Below, piece after piece: positions 8,593-17,047 of a stretch of DNA of 64,000 nt (the first letter of the stretch is position 1; each line of letters opens with the position of its first letter). Made by a program: the position numbers and the translations under genes. The notes beneath the pieces are model-generated. The model was given only the letters and a program-made list of their open reading frames with translations. It was not told the DNA's origin and ran no database searches. This DNA is from an uncultured bacterium (GTDB lineage: Bacteria > Verrucomicrobiota > Kiritimatiellia > RFP12 > UBA1067), in contig CADCAK010000003.1 in NCBI GenBank assembly GCA_902799385.1, positions 27,888 through 91,887 on the forward strand, in the 5' to 3' direction.

Positions 8593-9878
8593 GCGAGACT
8601 GACGGCAGATGTCCGGCATGCCGAATGCCTGTCGGAGCGGATGACAGGTTCTGCGGGGTCTGTGGCGCTGCGCTCGACGTGGCTCCTGTTCCCTCCAGAC
8701 CGTCCTGCGGCGCCGTTGTGAAGCCGATGTTAGGCTTTGCCGTCAGATGCTGTTCGCCGCGCGCGATGCGCGTCGGGTTCCGGTCGTCGTTCTGCTTCCG
8801 GATGGAATCGTCGCGCGACGATCTGGTTGCGGCGACGATATCGCTCAAAAACGGCGACACGGTTCTCGACTCCAAGTCCGTGTCCGTGCCATGCGGAGAA
8901 TGCCGCATGGCAGTGACGCCGTCGGCGCCGGGGAGCATTTTCCTCGACATGGAACTTCGCATAGACTACATTTCGCATGGCGGAACTGAGATATACAGGT
9001 CCGACATTCACGCAAATGTCGAGTCAAGGGTTGAGGCTCCGCAGTCGGTAACTATCGCGCCGAACATCTCGCTCGACGGTTCCGTCGTGCGGCTGCTTGA
9101 CGGCAGCAACGTATTTTCCGTGTCGGGGCTGCCCTCGTCTGGACACGGCAGAGGAGAGGATCTGACGCGCTACGAGTGCGACCTGTCGAATCCCAGATAT
9201 CTGGACCTCTCGCTCGCGAAGTCGCCAGAGACCGTGACTCTGGCATCCGAGACGGCGGAGATTATGCTCGTTCACGGAGATTCCGCCGCTGTCGGGCGCG
9301 CGTCGTCGTCGGACTTCCAGATTCCGGTGTTCGATGAAAGCGGAAAGCGCGATGACTTTCTTTCCAAGCATGTATCCGGCACTCATTTCCATTTGGGGCT
9401 TCACGATGGGCGATGCTTTGTCTCCGACGGATGCGAAGGGCATCCGTCAACAAACGGAACGTCGGTTGACGGAGTCAGAATTCACCACGGAGGATCCGTC
9501 GCGATTGCGACAGGACGGAGCCATCACGTCGCAGCAATGTTCGCGGCATCGGGTGACAGGGAGCTTGTGCCGATGAGCGTGGACGTGTCCGGCGATCGAT
9601 GGACGCGAAAACCGTCGGGACTATTTCTGCGGCGCGAGGACGGCGTTGTGTCTGCCATGGCTGTGGTGTGGAGTGTCGCCGGCGTTGAACTTTCCGATGA
9701 CGTTTCCGTAGGCTGGGATGGTGCGAGGTTCTGCATCGCACACGGCGGAAAGAGACGTCCGCTGGCGATAGGCGACGAGATCACAGTCGGCGGAGTCGCA
9801 TATCGCGTCATGCCGCGCCATCAGAGATTCCCGAAAAAAACGGATTCCGAACAAAAAACAGAAAGGAGCAACAGATGA
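8589..9878 (+). CDS. zinc-ribbon + FHA-domain protein
   Basis: GTG 8589 overlaps the upstream TGA. The N-terminus is CPACR..FCGVCG. The C-terminal half has an FHA-like pattern (VGRASSSDFQIP...VSGTHFHL...STNGTSVDGVRI). Confidence 0.7.
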   Translation: MSETDGRCPACRMPVGADDRFCGVCGAALDVAPVPSRPSCGAVVKPMLGFAVRCCSPRAMRVGFRSSFCFRMESSRDDLVAATISLKNGDTVLDSKSVSVPCGECRMAVTPSAPGSIFLDMELRIDYISHGGTEIYRSDIHANVESRVEAPQSVTIAPNISLDGSVVRLLDGSNVFSVSGLPSSGHGRGEDLTRYECDLSNPRYLDLSLAKSPETVTLASETAEIMLVHGDSAAVGRASSSDFQIPVFDESGKRDDFLSKHVSGTHFHLGLHDGRCFVSDGCEGHPSTNGTSVDGVRIHHGGSVAIATGRSHHVAAMFAASGDRELVPMSVDVSGDRWTRKPSGLFLRREDGVVSAMAVVWSVAGVELSDDVSVGWDGARFCIAHGGKRRPLAIGDEITVGGVAYRVMPRHQRFPKKTDSEQKTERSNR

Positions 9879-10354
9879 TGAAACTGACAGGAAAGATGCT
9901 CTGCATCGCCGGGCTTGCGGCGGCTGTCGCAGGTTGTGCCACGCCGCCCCGGCACACGGTTTGCAGTGTGGAGGCGACGGCGGCATCACAAAGTGCATCG
10001 GGTCTGTCCGACGCTGTGGCGACCGGGGTGCGCGGCGATCTTGAGCGGCTTGGCTACCATGTGTTCACGGAAAAGTGCGGCAGGTGCGGCAACGCCGTGT
10101 CCGTGAACATCGCCATCGACAGGAAGGAAGCCGCTCGCCTTGATGTATGGGTGGCATACGATGCCACGGCCAGCGTAAAGGCCGTCGTCGGCAGGGACGG
10201 ACGGATACTCGGCGAGAAGACTTTCTCCGCAAAAGGCGTGCGCGGCAGGACGGAGAAGGAGGCAGAAGCCGGAATCCGCAAATCGCTTGTGGAACAGATA
10301 AACGCATGGCTGCCGTCGGTTCTTCCGCCGGTCGTCATCACCTCGGACATCTAA
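9875..10354 (+). CDS. lipoprotein, single copy of a domain shared with the next two genes
   Basis: Lipobox AVAGC is present and the ATG overlaps the upstream stop. The LGYHV...LGEKTFSAKGVRGRTEKEA...WL segment parallels the C-terminal domain of the 10374-11549 product. Confidence 0.6.
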   Translation: MMKLTGKMLCIAGLAAAVAGCATPPRHTVCSVEATAASQSASGLSDAVATGVRGDLERLGYHVFTEKCGRCGNAVSVNIAIDRKEAARLDVWVAYDATASVKAVVGRDGRILGEKTFSAKGVRGRTEKEAEAGIRKSLVEQINAWLPSVLPPVVITSDI

Positions 10355-10373
10355 CCAGAAAGGGAAAGATCCA

Positions 10374-11549
10374 ATGAAAACCATCATCGCATCGACGCTT
10401 GCCTCTGCCGCATTGATTGCGTGCGCGGAGCCGTTCGGGGCAGCTGAAAAGGCCGTGCTTCGCGACGTCGCAAAACAGGCCGAAGCCAAGTTGAAAGAGG
10501 CCGCGGCGTTCGAAGGGAAGGCCGTGACACTGCTGCCTGTCCATGGCGACGAAGACGGCTACATGGAAAGGCTCTTGATCGGAGCCGTCGTATTGTCCGG
10601 TCGAACGGGCGTGATATCAAACGACGAGAAGAACGACGAGCGCTTCAAGCGCATACTCGCCGACATCAAATGGGACGCTGTGCAGCGTCGTCTTTCCTCG
10701 ATCGATCCCGCCACGATAGACGAGCTTGGCAGACTGAAGTCCACGCAGATACTCATGGAGGCACGTCTCGACCTGACGCGTGCGACGACGAATGAATACG
10801 GAGAGGCTACGGGCGCGTCGGCGGAACTGAATCTGCTCGCGTACGCAGTCGAGACTAAACAGTACGTTTGGAATGCCAACATTGTGAAGGAGCCGGAGGC
10901 CCCGCCACCTCCGCCGCAGCTGCCGAAGCAGATCGCTTCTACAGCCGTATCGCCGCTTCACGTGGCCGTAGAGGCGAAGGCCGGAAAGAACGCGGAACGT
11001 GTGTCGGGGTTCGTGGAGACCTCGGTACGAGGCATGCTTGCGCAGCTGGGATATGTTGTCGATGGCAACCGCAAGCCGGATGTAATCGTGTCGCTAGAGA
11101 CATCCCGCGAGACGTTCGACCATACGGGCGGATGGTTCGTCTATGACGGGACTCTGAAGGTCAAGGCGAATGTCGTAGGCGCGGAAGCGAAACTTCTGGG
11201 CGAGACCTCCATCGCCGGTCGCGGCGCGAGAGGCCTCGGCGAGATTCAGGCAGACCGGAATCTCGCGGACGCTCTTGGAGAGCAGGCGGCGGGCTGGCTC
11301 AAGCGCACACTCAAATCCGACGCAGTCGGCTTCGAGGCTCTTCTGTTCTCGGTGTACACGCTCGATGCCGCAGACGCCGAGAAGATTCGCACCGCCGCAG
11401 CCGCGATGGACGGAACGCGCGTCGCGACAACAGAGTCCACAGACGAGGCCAACGGATGGACTACTTTCAGGGTCGTTTACGAGAAGGCGAAATTCCCCGG
11501 CGGGTTCGCCGCCATGCTTTTCGCCGCGAATCCGGAACTCTTGAAGTAA
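10374..11549 (+). CDS. secreted/lipoprotein with TolB-N/LpoB/FlgO-like N-terminal module
   Basis: A signal peptide with LIAC is present. KAVTLLPVHGDEDGYMERLLIGAV...LGRLKSTQILMEARL matches the logic of small periplasmic alpha/beta lipoprotein domains. It is a paralogue of the next gene. Confidence 0.55.
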   Translation: MKTIIASTLASAALIACAEPFGAAEKAVLRDVAKQAEAKLKEAAAFEGKAVTLLPVHGDEDGYMERLLIGAVVLSGRTGVISNDEKNDERFKRILADIKWDAVQRRLSSIDPATIDELGRLKSTQILMEARLDLTRATTNEYGEATGASAELNLLAYAVETKQYVWNANIVKEPEAPPPPPQLPKQIASTAVSPLHVAVEAKAGKNAERVSGFVETSVRGMLAQLGYVVDGNRKPDVIVSLETSRETFDHTGGWFVYDGTLKVKANVVGAEAKLLGETSIAGRGARGLGEIQADRNLADALGEQAAGWLKRTLKSDAVGFEALLFSVYTLDAADAEKIRTAAAAMDGTRVATTESTDEANGWTTFRVVYEKAKFPGGFAAMLFAANPELLK

Positions 11550-11559
11550 GGAGCAGACA

Positions 11560-12675
11560 ATGAATACAGCAAAAAAGATCATAGCATCCCTTGCATGCGC
11601 GGCGTCGTTTCTTGCCGCGACGGCGGAAGTCGATGAAGACGCGCGCGCCGCGTTCATCGATGCGGCGAAGGAGGCGGAAACCGGCCTTCGCGCTGCGCCG
11701 ATTCCGGCCGGTTCCGCCGTGGCGCTGCTTCCGGTCGCGGGGACGCTTGGCGAGGACTGGATGGCCGGTCTTCTCCAGAACGCCGTCACCGCCGCCGGAA
11801 AAACCTGCGTCGTCGCGAAGCACGATCCCGCGTTCGCCGCAATTCTCGCGGAAATCGAATGGGATGCGCGCAAGTCCGACATTCTCGACCCGAAGACCAT
11901 CGACAGGTTTGGGGCTCTCAAGTCGGCTCAGATTCTTCTCGCGGCGAATGTCACCGTCGCCCAGAAGACGGCAAAGGACGACGATGTGCGCTGCGTGTTC
12001 GTTGAAGTCGAGCTTCACGCCGTCGAGATCTCGACGAAGAAGCATCTCTGGGGCGGAATGTTCGCGAAGAGACGATACATCCCCGGAAACGGAGCGGAAT
12101 CGGTTGATGTCAGCGAGATTCCGCTCAAGCTCCGCGAAGCCATGCAGGAGAACCTCCGCTCCCGGATTGCGGAGTCGATCACGGCGTCCGCGAAACTCGG
12201 TGCGGTCAAGACGGTCGCCATTCTCCCGATATCCGCCGACACGCGCGCGTACATCGGCGATCTGACAAGGGATGCGGTCTCTCGCACGAGACTGACCCCG
12301 AAGAATCTGGACATCCTGACTCTTGCCGAAGCAAGGCACGCCATGCGGGACTCCGAGGCGTCCGATGCGATAATGTACGGCTCGCTGCGGGATCTCTCGG
12401 TTTCAAGAAACGATGAAGATCCCGTTTCCGAAGTCCGGTCGTACAACTGCGAAGTGCAACTTTGCATCGAAAACGCCAAGACGCGCGAACAGCTGTGGAG
12501 CGAAACGTTTCTGGTATCCGAGAAGGAGGTCAAAGACGGCTGGTGGTATGCGCTGACGCGCTACTTCCCGTCCCTGAAGAGCAGGCCGTGGCTGCTCGTG
12601 CTGGTTCCTCTTCTCGGACTGGTATTCCTGATCGTGCTGTGCAAGGTTCTGCGCGCCATGACGCGCGTGAGATAG
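11560..12675 (+). CDS. secreted paralogue of 10374-11549 with C-terminal TM anchor
   Basis: The first ~130 aa show the same motif order as the previous gene (AVALLPVAGTLGEDWMAGLL...FGALKSAQILLAANV). The terminal hydrophobic helix is LLVLVPLLGLVFLIVL. Confidence 0.55.
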   Translation: MNTAKKIIASLACAASFLAATAEVDEDARAAFIDAAKEAETGLRAAPIPAGSAVALLPVAGTLGEDWMAGLLQNAVTAAGKTCVVAKHDPAFAAILAEIEWDARKSDILDPKTIDRFGALKSAQILLAANVTVAQKTAKDDDVRCVFVEVELHAVEISTKKHLWGGMFAKRRYIPGNGAESVDVSEIPLKLREAMQENLRSRIAESITASAKLGAVKTVAILPISADTRAYIGDLTRDAVSRTRLTPKNLDILTLAEARHAMRDSEASDAIMYGSLRDLSVSRNDEDPVSEVRSYNCEVQLCIENAKTREQLWSETFLVSEKEVKDGWWYALTRYFPSLKSRPWLLVLVPLLGLVFLIVLCKVLRAMTRVR

Positions 12676-12678
12676 CGC

Positions 12679-13539
12679 ATGGACAGCGTGTCTATGGTGT
12701 GCGCAGTCTGCGGGCAGACATTGCCAAACAGGTACGCCGTGGCTGGACGGTGCGAATCGCCCGGCTGCGGCGCGGTTTTCTGCGCACTCCATTGGCATGG
12801 CGGCAACAGGCTGTGTCCGGCGCACGGATGGTGCGCCGGCGAGCCGAAAGGCAGAGAAACGGAGGCTGAAAGAAAAATGAACGATGGATCGCTTGCGCCG
12901 CGTGAGGCGTCGAAGATGAATGAAGGACTCGGTGCGTCTGCCGAGAAAGGCGGCTGGTTCAAGTCGCTTATGGATGGAGCCCAGACGCTTGGCAAGGCAT
13001 CGGTGGCGCTTGTGAACAGGCTGCGCGGCATACGCGACCCCGAGGCTGCCATAGCCGAGCTTGACGGACAGCTCGCCGCCACGCGCGCGAAACGCGAGCC
13101 GCTTTCCGCCAGATACGAGGAGCTGTATTCGCGCATTGCCGAACGCAAGAAACTGTGGCAGTCCGCCGCGCCGACACGAAAGAAGATGCTTGAGATGGAG
13201 CTGAAGACGCTCCTTGCCGAGTACAAGAGCGTCGAAGGACAACTTTCGACACTCTTCGAGCACGAGCGGCTTATCGTCACCGTGCGCGGGCGCACTCTCG
13301 AGCTTGCGGCGCAGGGTCTGTCCCTGCCTAAGGTCGAGAACGTGGACCGCCTGACGGACGACATAGAGAACGCCGTGGACGAGACGGAAGACCTTTCCGA
13401 CGCCGTCGCGGATCTCGAAAAGGCCGGCGTCCGCCGCGAAAGGACATCCGTCAATCTCGAAGACGCGCTTGCGGAGTTCGGAGACCCGGAGACGGAGGCC
13501 GCGCCGCAGAAGGAGTCTCCAGGCGTGGAGACGGAATAA
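12679..13539 (+). CDS. Cys-rich zinc-binding head + Snf7/ESCRT-III-like helical protein
   Basis: The N-terminus is CAVCG..C..C..C..H.H..C..H. The C-terminal ~170 aa have a heptad pattern and motifs (KKMLEMELKTLLAEYKSVEGQLSTLFEHERLI ... VENVDRLTDDIENAVDETEDLSDAVADL) that parallel Snf7/CHMP4 helices 2-5, followed by an acidic tail. Confidence 0.55.
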   Translation: MDSVSMVCAVCGQTLPNRYAVAGRCESPGCGAVFCALHWHGGNRLCPAHGWCAGEPKGRETEAERKMNDGSLAPREASKMNEGLGASAEKGGWFKSLMDGAQTLGKASVALVNRLRGIRDPEAAIAELDGQLAATRAKREPLSARYEELYSRIAERKKLWQSAAPTRKKMLEMELKTLLAEYKSVEGQLSTLFEHERLIVTVRGRTLELAAQGLSLPKVENVDRLTDDIENAVDETEDLSDAVADLEKAGVRRERTSVNLEDALAEFGDPETEAAPQKESPGVETE

Positions 13540-13555
13540 TCAAGGAACTGTTGAC

Positions 13556-14620
13556 ATGAAATATTCATACGATGGTTCGTCGCTCAAGACGGAAAAGACG
13601 AAGTTGACACCGCCAACAAGGTCTTCAGGACAGCCCGTGCCGGTTGTTAAAAGGAGGAAGACGCCTTTGTTCGTAACGTTAATTCTGTTTTTTGCAGGAG
13701 TCGGCATAACAAGCATGTTTCTGGATGTATGGGATCGGGTGACATCGTCCGAAGGCGCGGGGATCGCCCCTGCCGCAGAGCAGGGGAATCCCTGCGGCGG
13801 AACTGCGGAGGCGAGGCATAAACCCGAACGCAGCCCGTCCATCAAGGTCGAAGACGTGCGGGACTATCTTACGCCGTCGAAGGCGGAGATGGAGCAGTTA
13901 TACGCGTACGTCGTCAAGTCGCCTGTGGTCGCGGGCAACATCCAGTACCGCGACATGATGGACGGCATGCCGCTCGACTACATTGCGACGAACGACACTG
14001 TCAATGCGTTCGCAGGGCGGCGCGACAGCATCGGAACGAACGGCGCGGTCCGCATCGGACTCAAGATGACGGTGTTCGGCGGCATGGCAAGATACGCCAG
14101 ACTCGTGGGACTCGCAGCCGCGCAGGAAAACACCGGGCGCGAACCGGCCTTGAAGCGGCTCGTCGAGACCATGCCACGCAGCATATATTCGCGCTGCTCC
14201 GAGGAGGAGGCGATAAAAGCGATCGAACGCAATTCCCTCGTGCAGGCGCTCGCCGATCCGGCGGCGAGGCAGAAAGCCGTGTCCTATTCGTCGGGCATGC
14301 TCATAAGCGTGCTTGCACACGAGACGGGACACCTCGTGCTGGGACATCTCCTCTCCAACGGCTCCGCGAAACCCAATCTCGAGATTTCGCGCAACCACGA
14401 GAGGGAGGCCGATTCCTTCGCGTCTTCCGTGATAAGCGCGAGCCCGTTCGGGGAATACATCTTCGCGGGGACGCTTTTCCTGCACTACGCGCTGGCGATG
14501 CAGAACGACGGAGATTCGGACGCCGGGAGCAACCATCTGCTCTCCAGGGAGCGTTTCGAGAACTTTGTCCGCGCCAACCGCGACAAGGCCGCCGCCATGG
14601 GGATAAGCCTGGAGAAGTAG
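13556..14620 (+). CDS. membrane-anchored HExxH zinc metallopeptidase (M48 / M78 ImmA-IrrE-like)
   Basis: ATG 13556 follows the upstream stop. One TM helix is present (LFVTLILFFAGVGITSMFL). The HETGHLVLGH motif is followed about 22 aa later by EREADSFA. It is a paralogue of 24799-25737. Confidence 0.65.
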   Translation: MKYSYDGSSLKTEKTKLTPPTRSSGQPVPVVKRRKTPLFVTLILFFAGVGITSMFLDVWDRVTSSEGAGIAPAAEQGNPCGGTAEARHKPERSPSIKVEDVRDYLTPSKAEMEQLYAYVVKSPVVAGNIQYRDMMDGMPLDYIATNDTVNAFAGRRDSIGTNGAVRIGLKMTVFGGMARYARLVGLAAAQENTGREPALKRLVETMPRSIYSRCSEEEAIKAIERNSLVQALADPAARQKAVSYSSGMLISVLAHETGHLVLGHLLSNGSAKPNLEISRNHEREADSFASSVISASPFGEYIFAGTLFLHYALAMQNDGDSDAGSNHLLSRERFENFVRANRDKAAAMGISLEK

Positions 14621-14623
14621 GAC

Positions 14624-17047
14624 ATGTATTCTCCTGCCGACATCGATAAGACGATACCGGGAAGCGCCAGTGAAACCGCGGCGCTCGGACGCATCGACAA
14701 GTACGAGCTGGTGCGCGAGCTCGGCGAGGGCGGATTCGGCGCGGTGTATCTCGCGAGAGACACGGTCGCCGGAATCGATGTCGCCATAAAGGGGCTGCCG
14801 CCGGAGGTAAAGCACAACGAAAGCGAACTTGAGTCGATCCGCGCCAACTTCGCGCTCGTTTCGCGGCTCCGCCATCCGAACATCGTCGGCCTTCGCGACC
14901 TCCACCGGGCGGAGCGCGTAAGCTACGCCTCCAAGGAGGTCGAAGAAAAGCTCCGCGTCTTTGAGCGGGATACGATGGTCGTGATGGACTATGCGCCGGG
15001 CGCGACGCTCGCGAAGTGGCGCAGGCAGTTCCCCGATGCCAAGGTTCCGCTCGACAAGGCGATTGAAATCGCGCGGCAGATCGCGTCCGCTCTCGACGCC
15101 GCCCACGCGCAGAAGATTCTGCACCGCGACGTCAAGCCGGAGAACGTGATGGTGGAGACGCGGGAGGACGGCGCATTGGTCGCACGCGTTCTCGACTTCG
15201 GCCTCGCGGCGGAAATCCGCTCGTCGATGGGCCGCGTTTCGCGCAAGATTCTCGACACCTCCGGGACACGCCCATACATGGCGCCCGAGCAGTGGCTTGG
15301 CGAGGAGCAGAAAGCGGCGACCGACCAGTACGCGCTTGCGGTGCTGTTCTACGAACTCGTCACCGGCAAGACGCCGTTCTCGTCCGTTTTCGACTGCGGC
15401 GACACGGCGGTCATGCGCCTTGCAGTGACGACAGACGCGCCGAAGATTCCGGCATCGCTGCCGAAGGCGGTGCGCCGCGCACTGGATACGGCGCTCGCGA
15501 AGACGCCGGACGAGCGTTTCACGACCTGCGGCGATTTCGTGGCGGCTCTGGAGGGGAAAAGAGTCTCACGCAGAGGCGCAGAGACGCAGAGGAAGAGTGG
15601 TGCAGTCAAGATGCTTGGGCTCCTTGCGCTGCTGGCAGTACTCGCCGTCGGCGTCTGGCGGTTTGTCGGGCGGGAAACGACATCCGTCGCGCCGTCGCCC
15701 GCGTCTGCCGAACTCACGCCGCCCGTTGCATCCGGCGACATCAGCAATGTTCCTCCAAGTTCCGATCCGTCGCCCGTCACTGTCGTTGATCCCCCCAAGC
15801 CTGTCGTCGTTGTGCCTCCGGCAGATGACGGCGCGGAGTCTGCGCAAAAGCGTGACGCCGAGTTCGTTCTCCTGAAGACTCGCATCAACATCAAGAAGTC
15901 CGACGCAAAACGCAAGATGGAGGCCGTCGCGGAGTTCCGCGCCGACCCGGAAGGCCTTGTGGAGCGTATCGCCTCCGCAGACAGTCAGTGGAATACCATT
16001 TCCGCGCTATCCGTTCCGGGCACTCTCGAAGAGGCGCAGGCGGCGTTCGACATGGCCGACAAGGCTGAATCGCAGATCGCCCTCGCCCTTGACTGGCTGC
16101 AGAAGAACAAGACGGGGCGAGACGCGGCAAAGTCCGCCAGGGCGGAGATCGCCGCGTTGCTGAAAGGCGATGCCGTGACCTTCAAGGCCGAGAAGTACGC
16201 TTCGTCCGCGTATCGGGACGGAAAGCGTCTGCGCGACGAAGGTGAAGCCGCTTTTGGCAAGGGAGACTTCGCCGGGGCTCGCCGGCTCATGAAGCTGGCT
16301 CATGCGAAGTTCGTCGATGCGGCAAAGGACGCCAAGGCATTTTTCGTAAAGACGACGCTTGGATCGGCACGGGAGTATTTCAGCGCCAGTCAATGGCAGT
16401 CTTGCATCGCAGAATGCGACACACTGCTCGGTTGGGATGCGGCAAATGTTGAGGCTAGAAGGCTCAAGGCTCAGGCTGAAGAGTGCAAAGAGGCGGCTCG
16501 AAAAGAGGCCGAACGCAAAGCGAAGGAGGATGCTGCCAAGATAGAGGAGGAAAGCAAGGCAAAAGAAGAGTTAGCGCACAAGGAGGCCGCAGAAGCGGCG
16601 CAGATCGCGGCGGGGAGGAAAAACGCAGCGGAGAAACCCGCAACGGAACGAATGGCAAATACGGAGTCTGGTAGTAAGGTGGAAGAGGGAGTTGCTCTGC
16701 ATAATCGCAGATTTTCATGTGAGATTGAGAGTGGCCTAATCGAGAGGAAGAATAGTTCTAACGCAATATGTTACTATGGAAACGTGAAAGTCAGATGCAG
16801 TTGTTTTTTGTCTGATTCCGAATTTGCAATGGCGATGCGCGATGGAAACGACGAGATTGCGTCGATACTTCTTTGTGGCGATGTCAGGATAAATGGCGAC
16901 GTCATGTCAGCAACTGCGGAGTCCGCAAGATTCGATGTGTCGTTGCGCAAATTGACGCTACTCGGGAAAAGCGCGTCAGAGCCTGCGCGTCTGCATTCCG
17001 GTGATGTAGCTAAGAAAGGTGAGAGGATCGTGTATGAATTCAAGTAG
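14624..17047 (+). CDS. Hanks-type Ser/Thr protein kinase, single TM, large extracytoplasmic region (K1)
   Basis: Kinase motifs GEGGFGAVY, VAIK, HRDVKPEN, DFGLA and YMAPE are present. The TM helix is LGLLALLAVLAVGVW. It is followed by about 450 aa of coiled-coil/helical and beta-rich sequence. Confidence 0.9.
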   Translation: MYSPADIDKTIPGSASETAALGRIDKYELVRELGEGGFGAVYLARDTVAGIDVAIKGLPPEVKHNESELESIRANFALVSRLRHPNIVGLRDLHRAERVSYASKEVEEKLRVFERDTMVVMDYAPGATLAKWRRQFPDAKVPLDKAIEIARQIASALDAAHAQKILHRDVKPENVMVETREDGALVARVLDFGLAAEIRSSMGRVSRKILDTSGTRPYMAPEQWLGEEQKAATDQYALAVLFYELVTGKTPFSSVFDCGDTAVMRLAVTTDAPKIPASLPKAVRRALDTALAKTPDERFTTCGDFVAALEGKRVSRRGAETQRKSGAVKMLGLLALLAVLAVGVWRFVGRETTSVAPSPASAELTPPVASGDISNVPPSSDPSPVTVVDPPKPVVVVPPADDGAESAQKRDAEFVLLKTRINIKKSDAKRKMEAVAEFRADPEGLVERIASADSQWNTISALSVPGTLEEAQAAFDMADKAESQIALALDWLQKNKTGRDAAKSARAEIAALLKGDAVTFKAEKYASSAYRDGKRLRDEGEAAFGKGDFAGARRLMKLAHAKFVDAAKDAKAFFVKTTLGSAREYFSASQWQSCIAECDTLLGWDAANVEARRLKAQAEECKEAARKEAERKAKEDAAKIEEESKAKEELAHKEAAEAAQIAAGRKNAAEKPATERMANTESGSKVEEGVALHNRRFSCEIESGLIERKNSSNAICYYGNVKVRCSCFLSDSEFAMAMRDGNDEIASILLCGDVRINGDVMSATAESARFDVSLRKLTLLGKSASEPARLHSGDVAKKGERIVYEFK

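Noticed and set aside
7000-8619. 539-aa minus-strand ORF antisense to the SPFH/flotillin-like gene. Similar long antisense ORFs lie at 13898-15124, 32906-34393, 46951-48351, 49497-50738 and 55631-57217.
   Set aside because: These are typical high-GC shadow ORFs. They are Arg/Leu/Ala/Pro-rich low-complexity translations with no recognisable motifs. Each lies fully opposite a + strand gene with clear family signatures.
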